Shown one piece after another: positions 59,009 through 64,000 of a DNA stretch of 64,000 nt. Both the position numbers and the translations under genes were made by a program. Positions within the stretch are counted from its first letter, which is position 1. Each line of letters opens with the position of its first letter. Below the pieces are notes generated by a model. The model saw only the letters and a list, made by a program, of their open reading frames with translations. It searched no databases and was not told the origin of the DNA. The stretch is from Nitrososphaerota archaeon. Its GTDB lineage: Archaea; Thermoproteota; Nitrososphaeria_A; Caldarchaeales; Calditenuaceae. Where the stretch lies: NCBI GenBank assembly GCA_041641295.1, contig JBEPYO010000001.1, positions 64,001-128,000 of the forward strand. Direction: 5' to 3'.

Positions 59009-60151
59009 GTGGCCACCCTTTTCGGTGAGCGGATAAGTCGGGATAGGCTTGAGAGGTATGTCGGAGACATTTCACAGGTAGGTGGAGTATCTCTCAGCCA
59101 GCTAATAGACGGGCCGGAGAGCGGTGTTAGATGCATTAACCTCAGGACGGGGCTTCTGAGCGCGACCATAGTGGTGGACCGGGCACTCGACATCGCCAAC
59201 CTCGAGTACAAGGGCATTCCACTGGCATGGATAAGCCCAACCGGCATACAGTCCCCCTCATTCTACGAGCCTGAAGGCCTAAACTGGCTGAGAGGGTTTT
59301 TCGGAGGCGCCCTAACGACATGTGGGCTAACATACTTCGGGAGGCCGACCGTTGACGAGGGCGAACAACTGGGTCTCCATGGACGGGTATCATACATCCC
59401 AGCTAGGCTGAAGGTCTGCAGGGGAAGATGGGAAGGAGACGACTACATTCTTGAGATTGAGGGGGAGGTGAGGGAGGTGAAAGTCTTTGAGCCCAACATC
59501 TCACTCCACAGGAGAATAGAGACCCGGCTCGGAGAGAGCCGAATACTGATAAAGGACACGATAGTCAATAATGGATGGTATCCACAGCCCTTCATGATAC
59601 TCTACCACTTCAACTTCGGATACCCACTATTGAGCAAGGATTCGAGACTAGTGTCAACCTCTCGCCTCGTCGTCCCTAGAGACGCGGACGCAGCTGAAGG
59701 GGCCGAATATTTCGACAGTTTTGAGGACCCCCAGCCAAGATATAGAGAGAAGGTCTATTTCCACGACCTAGCCGTGGATCCTGATGGATACGCTTATGCA
59801 GCCCTCGTTAATAAGAGGCTCTATAATGGCTTGGCCGTGGTTCTCCGGTTCAGAAAGTCGAGCCTAAACAGGCTAATCGAGTGGAAGATGATGGGCGAGG
59901 GGACGTACGTTCTTGGAATAGAGCCGGCGAATGCACTAGTTTTGGGGAGAGATGTTGAGAGGCGTTTCGGGACACTTCAATTCTTAGCTCCGCGCGAGAG
60001 CAGGGAAATTGAGATCGAGCTGAGCGTTTTAGAGGGAGTTGAAGAAATAACCGCCCTCGAGGAGAAGATATTAGCTATACGGGGGCGCGAGAGGCCGAAG
60101 ATTCTAGGGACAGTCGAGGAATTCGTTAATCTGACGCGAGGAACTACCTGA
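59009..60151 (+). CDS. Aldose 1-epimerase-fold protein (DUF4432-like)
   Basis: DRALDI, WLRGFFGG.LTTCGL, GLHGR, YHFNFGYP, YVLGIEP; GTG at 59009 preferred. Confidence 0.85.
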   Translation: MATLFGERISRDRLERYVGDISQVGGVSLSQLIDGPESGVRCINLRTGLLSATIVVDRALDIANLEYKGIPLAWISPTGIQSPSFYEPEGLNWLRGFFGGALTTCGLTYFGRPTVDEGEQLGLHGRVSYIPARLKVCRGRWEGDDYILEIEGEVREVKVFEPNISLHRRIETRLGESRILIKDTIVNNGWYPQPFMILYHFNFGYPLLSKDSRLVSTSRLVVPRDADAAEGAEYFDSFEDPQPRYREKVYFHDLAVDPDGYAYAALVNKRLYNGLAVVLRFRKSSLNRLIEWKMMGEGTYVLGIEPANALVLGRDVERRFGTLQFLAPRESREIEIELSVLEGVEEITALEEKILAIRGRERPKILGTVEEFVNLTRGTT

Positions 60152-60443
60152 AAAGCTGGACATGCTTTATCCCGCCGACCTCGATGCAGGCAGACTCGCA
60201 CACCAGCCCATCTGATATAGCCTTCCCGACCACGTCATTCCCCAACAAGTTTATGATCGTCGCACCCTCTATGGCTTTTTTGACCCCCTCCCAATCAACC
60301 ATTCTACCCATGTAGAAGTCGGGGCTAACAGAGACTTCATACCCATCACGAACCTTCAACCTAGATCCTAACAGCTCGGAGTCACAGACCGCGACAACTA
60401 CCTCGCCCGTCAACGACCTATGCATCTTCAGCCAGTAGGACAT
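60144..60443 (-). CDS. DUF424 family protein
   Basis: VVAVCDSELLG, FYMG, ATIINLLG..VV. Confidence 0.88.
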   Translation of the reverse strand: MSYWLKMHRSLTGEVVVAVCDSELLGSRLKVRDGYEVSVSPDFYMGRMVDWEGVKKAIEGATIINLLGNDVVGKAISDGLVCESACIEVGGIKHVQLFR

Positions 60444-60518
60444 ACAGGGCCTCCAAGTGATAACCCACCTGCGCCAAAATAAATTTTTCACACACGGAGG
60501 CGGGCTACAATAACTGGT

Positions 60519-61199
60519 TCAAACGAAAAACGGTACCACGCCCATAGGTAGTGATATGAGAGTTATGAACGAGACAAGGGGAACAGTAATATTATCGTCA
60601 ACCCACCGGAATTCAAGTTTCTCTATAATCGAGGCGGCAGCCCCCGCCACGGCGCCCGATACTCCGAGCAAGAGAAAGCCGGTGGGGATGCAGAAGAGGG
60701 CCATGGCCAAGTTACCCCACCAAGACTTTGTTCGCCGCTGGTAGATCATATTTCTAACAATTCCAGTAATGCCGTCGCCAACGCTCATGAAGAGGATGGG
60801 TAAGACGCCGATAGCTAAGTTCCCTAAGAGAAATCCTAGACCCATCATCAATCCCCACATTATTATGAAGTGGACCTCGTACATGTTTTCCTTCACCTGA
60901 TACCAATACCAAATCTTTCCACTCCGGTGGGGGAGATAGTTTCCGATGGCAAGCACCGCTACGAGTACAGCGATTAATATGAAACTCTTAAACAGTAAGG
61001 GAACGAGGACGGATACTAATCCCCCAGCCAGTATATGGATTATTTTCCTGTTGTAGTAAACAGCTACATGGTGCTCATACCCCCTGTTTAAGAGTGCGTT
61101 GTAAACTCTCTTGCAGAGGTAATGGCTTACAAACAACACCCACCCGAATAAGGCAGTCACGTAGATAAACTCCGTCGGTGTGGGCGTGGAGAGCGGCAT
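60519..61199 (-). CDS. Dolichol/phytol kinase-like CTP-dependent membrane kinase
   Basis: RKIIHILAGG, SVGDGITGIV, KSWWG, DDNITVP. Confidence 0.8.
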   Translation of the reverse strand: MPLSTPTPTEFIYVTALFGWVLFVSHYLCKRVYNALLNRGYEHHVAVYYNRKIIHILAGGLVSVLVPLLFKSFILIAVLVAVLAIGNYLPHRSGKIWYWYQVKENMYEVHFIIMWGLMMGLGFLLGNLAIGVLPILFMSVGDGITGIVRNMIYQRRTKSWWGNLAMALFCIPTGFLLLGVSGAVAGAAASIIEKLEFRWVDDNITVPLVSFITLISLPMGVVPFFV

Positions 61200-61279
61200 A
61201 GACTCAAACCGAAAATTGTGTGAAATAAGGTTTACTGTCTAATAAGAGACCTAGCGGGTAATATGATTGGTGCGTGCGG

Positions 61280-61699
61280 CTATAGCCTTCTCAGCTCGCC
61301 AACCAGAATACCCAGACCTATAATAGCCACAAGCAAGCCGAATAGACTCGAAAAAAGAGAGGAAAACGACGGATATCTCCACACAAACCACTCCCAAGGC
61401 CTGACACCCATGATCCCAATGCCTACTATAAGCAGGATGAGGCCGGCGGCAAGAGGTAAGAGCTGAGCGATATCGGAAGGTGGTGAAAGAGGGGACACTC
61501 CGCCCTTCCGCGGTATGATCAGGGCAGCTACACAATAAAGCGCAATCATGGGTATGGGGGCCAACACGGCGAGAACAACGCCCACCAGCCTCAGGATGTT
61601 GGGGTCTACGTTGAAGTACTCGCCCAGTCCGCCGAAAACCCCTGCCAAGACCCTGTCCCTAGCCGATCGCTCTAGGGCTTTAGACGTATTTAGACCCAC
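61280..61699 (-). CDS. PspC-domain membrane protein
   Basis: LERSARDRVLAGVFGGLGEYFNVDPNILRL. Confidence 0.88.
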   Translation of the reverse strand: MGLNTSKALERSARDRVLAGVFGGLGEYFNVDPNILRLVGVVLAVLAPIPMIALYCVAALIIPRKGGVSPLSPPSDIAQLLPLAAGLILLIVGIGIMGVRPWEWFVWRYPSFSSLFSSLFGLLVAIIGLGILVGELRRL

Positions 61700-61789
61700 G
61701 TGCCACCCATGTCTTCACTGCCTTTAAACTTTTGGAGAAGATGGCTCGATTTATCCATCTTTAAATCGCGGGCTGCATATATATTGGCC

Positions 61790-62122
61790 GTGGGTAAAAG
61801 GAAGATAATCGCTGAGCCAAAGGAGTTAGAGAATATGCCTGAGCCCGGGCCAGACGATGTATACGGAGTGATATCTAAGATGGTGGGATATGACAAAGTA
61901 ATCGTCGACTGTTCGGATGGCAAGCAGAGGCTTTGTAGGATTCGAGGTCAGCTCAAGAGGAAGATATGGGTTAAGGAGGGCGACCTGGTCCTTGTCAGCC
62001 CCTGGGACTTCCAGAGGGACACGCGAGGGGACATCTGGTGGAGGTTCACGAAGAATCAGGCCCTCAGCCTCGCGCAGAAAGGTGTTCTGCCGGAGTTTCT
62101 TAGGGCTCGGATAGAAAAGTAG
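61790..62122 (+). CDS. eif1a: Translation initiation factor aIF-1A
   Basis: CSDGKQRLCRIRGQL..IWVKEGDLVLVSPWDFQ..RGDI; probable GTG start at 61790. Confidence 0.95.
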   Translation: MGKRKIIAEPKELENMPEPGPDDVYGVISKMVGYDKVIVDCSDGKQRLCRIRGQLKRKIWVKEGDLVLVSPWDFQRDTRGDIWWRFTKNQALSLAQKGVLPEFLRARIEK

Positions 62123-62181
62123 CCCAGAGTGGTTAGTTGTTCTTAATTTAAATAGGGCTGGGTGAAAAATTATCCGGTAGA

Positions 62182-63567
62182 ATGTCCGAGGCTAGTGAAT
62201 CAAGGGAGTATCAGATGCTGCTCGAGGATCTGAGAGTCAGGGGGCTGAAGAGCTATAGGACTCTTGAATATGTGACTAACCCGCTATATGTTAAACACCA
62301 CGAGAAGTTGTCAGTAGATGATGAGTGGATTAGGTCCATAAGAGGTTCGAGGGATGACAAACTTCCCGAACGTTTTAAACCCCTTCTAGAGAAGCATGAC
62401 GAACCGGTTGCAATCCACTTAACAGGAAGGACAGTTACAGTGAATGTTCCTGAGGAGTTGGCCGAGAAAGGTGTTGTGGTGGAGACTTTGTGGGATGCTC
62501 TAAGACGTCGACCCGAGCTGGTTGAGAAGATGTTGTCAGAATATTGCATTAGGCCTGAGGAGGATAAGCTGGTGGGACTAATCTACAGCGCGATAAACTC
62601 TGGCATGGTGGTACATATCCCCGATAAGTTGAGCGAAGAGGTGAAGGTCAGGCTCATTTGGTTAACTGGAGAAGATAAGGGGGTAACCTCCGCTATTACT
62701 CTAATCCATGCCGGGGCTGACTCGCAAGTATCTGTGTTGGAGGAGCATTACTCGTATGGGAGTGGTGAGAAGTCCTTTGTGGGCCATATCATCGCAATCT
62801 TCGGAGGAGAAAACTCCTCAGTTAAACACGCGCTCTTCAACAACCTCTCAAGCAACACAGAGGTGGCAATATACAGGCGCTCATACATCATGAACTATGC
62901 CTCCCAGACGTGGATTGGCGCAAACCTTGGGGGCGGCGTCACCAAATCCCACATCGACAACATATTGTTGGGTAATGGGGCTCGTGCCGATACTCTAGAG
63001 GTTACAATGGCTTCAGGGTCTCAGAGGTTCGATGTAACAGCGAACTTGATTCATAAAGGAGAGGGGACGACCGGCAGGGTGATGGTGAAGGGATTGGGGC
63101 TTGACACTTCGCGAATAATCTTCAAAGGCATCATCAGGATTGAGAGGAGCGCTAAGAACACAAGCGCTTATCTGGCTGAGCACGCAATGCTCCTCAGCCC
63201 CGGCGCTAGAGCAGACGCGATACCAGGACTCGAGATAGAGAGCGACAATGTTAAAGCAACACACTCGGCGAGCGTGAGTCAGGTGGACCCAGACCACGTC
63301 TGGTATCTGATGACGCGGGGCTTAAGCCAAGAGGAGGCGGTCAGACTGATTGCAATGGGCTTCTTTGAGCCTGTAATAAGCCAGATAGACGTCTCGGAGG
63401 TCAGGTGGAGCATGAGGCACATGCTCGAGAACAAATGGCAGAGGCGTGGCGAGAAAGAAATAGACTTGGAAACGCTGATGGACATATATGTCGAGCCCGA
63501 AGATGTAGGGAAGAAACCCGAAGACATCTTCGGAACGCACTACAAGTATGTGTATGGTAAAGGTTAG
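62182..63567 (+). CDS. sufD: SufB/SufD family Fe-S cluster assembly protein (SufD-like)
   Basis: IFKGIIRI, LLSPGARADAIPGLEI..DNVKATHSASV, WYLMTRGL..EEA..LI..GF. Confidence 0.85.
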   Translation: MSEASESREYQMLLEDLRVRGLKSYRTLEYVTNPLYVKHHEKLSVDDEWIRSIRGSRDDKLPERFKPLLEKHDEPVAIHLTGRTVTVNVPEELAEKGVVVETLWDALRRRPELVEKMLSEYCIRPEEDKLVGLIYSAINSGMVVHIPDKLSEEVKVRLIWLTGEDKGVTSAITLIHAGADSQVSVLEEHYSYGSGEKSFVGHIIAIFGGENSSVKHALFNNLSSNTEVAIYRRSYIMNYASQTWIGANLGGGVTKSHIDNILLGNGARADTLEVTMASGSQRFDVTANLIHKGEGTTGRVMVKGLGLDTSRIIFKGIIRIERSAKNTSAYLAEHAMLLSPGARADAIPGLEIESDNVKATHSASVSQVDPDHVWYLMTRGLSQEEAVRLIAMGFFEPVISQIDVSEVRWSMRHMLENKWQRRGEKEIDLETLMDIYVEPEDVGKKPEDIFGTHYKYVYGKG

Positions 63568-63655
63568 ACCTGCCTCACGCGACAGATATTATTCTCACCG
63601 CGGATACGAGTAATGTCTATATAAACCCACACCATTCAATGACGAAAAACGGATA

Positions 63656-64000
63656 ATGGTTTACATCAAGCGAATCACGATTCAGGGTTTTAAGTCCTTT
63701 GGTCCTAAGAGGGTCGTTATAAAGCCTGAGAAGGGGTTCGTTGTCATCACGGGACCTAATGGCGGCGGTAAAAGCAACGTTTTAGACGCGATAAAGTTTA
63801 GCCTCGGGGAGCTGAGCAACAACGCCCTGAGGGTGGGAAAGCTCTCAGACCTCATACACGAGAATAATGGCCGGCGCCTAGGCCAAGCCACAGTAACCCT
63901 AGCGCTCGACAACACAGACAGGGCGCTTCCCCTAGACACCGATGAGGTGACCATCTCCAGAACGATTCTCAGCAGCGGAGAGAGCGTCTACAGGGTTAAT
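63656..64000 (+). CDS. smc: Chromosome segregation protein SMC, N-terminal part (runs off the window)
   Basis: Manual translation MVYIKRITIQGFKSFG...ITGPNGGGKSNVLDAIKF..GE..ALR..LSDLI. Confidence 0.9.
   Translation, partial: MVYIKRITIQGFKSFGPKRVVIKPEKGFVVITGPNGGGKSNVLDAIKFSLGELSNNALRVGKLSDLIHENNGRRLGQATVTLALDNTDRALPLDTDEVTISRTILSSGESVYRVN

Noticed and set aside
252-63954. Numerous short antisense or alternate-frame ORFs (e.g. 11919-12440, 19971-20594, 44945-45379, 51988-52467, 63682-63954)
   Set aside because: Shadow ORFs of well-supported genes with no independent motifs.

Overview
Gene-dense window from a thermophilic archaeal chromosome. It is probably TACK lineage, Aigarchaeota/Caldarchaeales-like; this is inferred from an SMC gene occurring with a crenarchaeal-type arginine decarboxylase, a ThermoDBP-like protein and a split splicing endonuclease. 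Most of it is core housekeeping: carAB, ndk, ribosomal proteins (L7Ae-S28e-L24e; L22-S3-L29-Rpp29-S17-L14-L24-S4e-L5; L10e; S12), TyrRS, PheRS, class II RNR, aRF1, aIF-1A, pyrH, argF, sdhCDB, etfAB, sufD, smc, and three tRNAs (Pro and Tyr with introns, Thr without). No transposase, integrase or CRISPR array is visible. The most unusual signals are: (1) a split-barrel flavoprotein gene followed by a split-barrel::MenA-type prenyltransferase fusion, divergent from etfBA; (2) a ~530-bp AT-rich, strand-skewed non-coding region with inverted palindromic repeats beside a small RHH-like gene; (3) two convergent deoxyhypusine-synthase paralogs of different types, plus an agmatine-producing ArgDC; (4) a canonical-looking C/D box sRNA overlapping the 5' end of an aminotransferase gene; (5) a structured RNA-like element between tyrS and nrdJ; (6) a missed small Zn-finger gene. 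All calls come from motif recognition, with no database searches.
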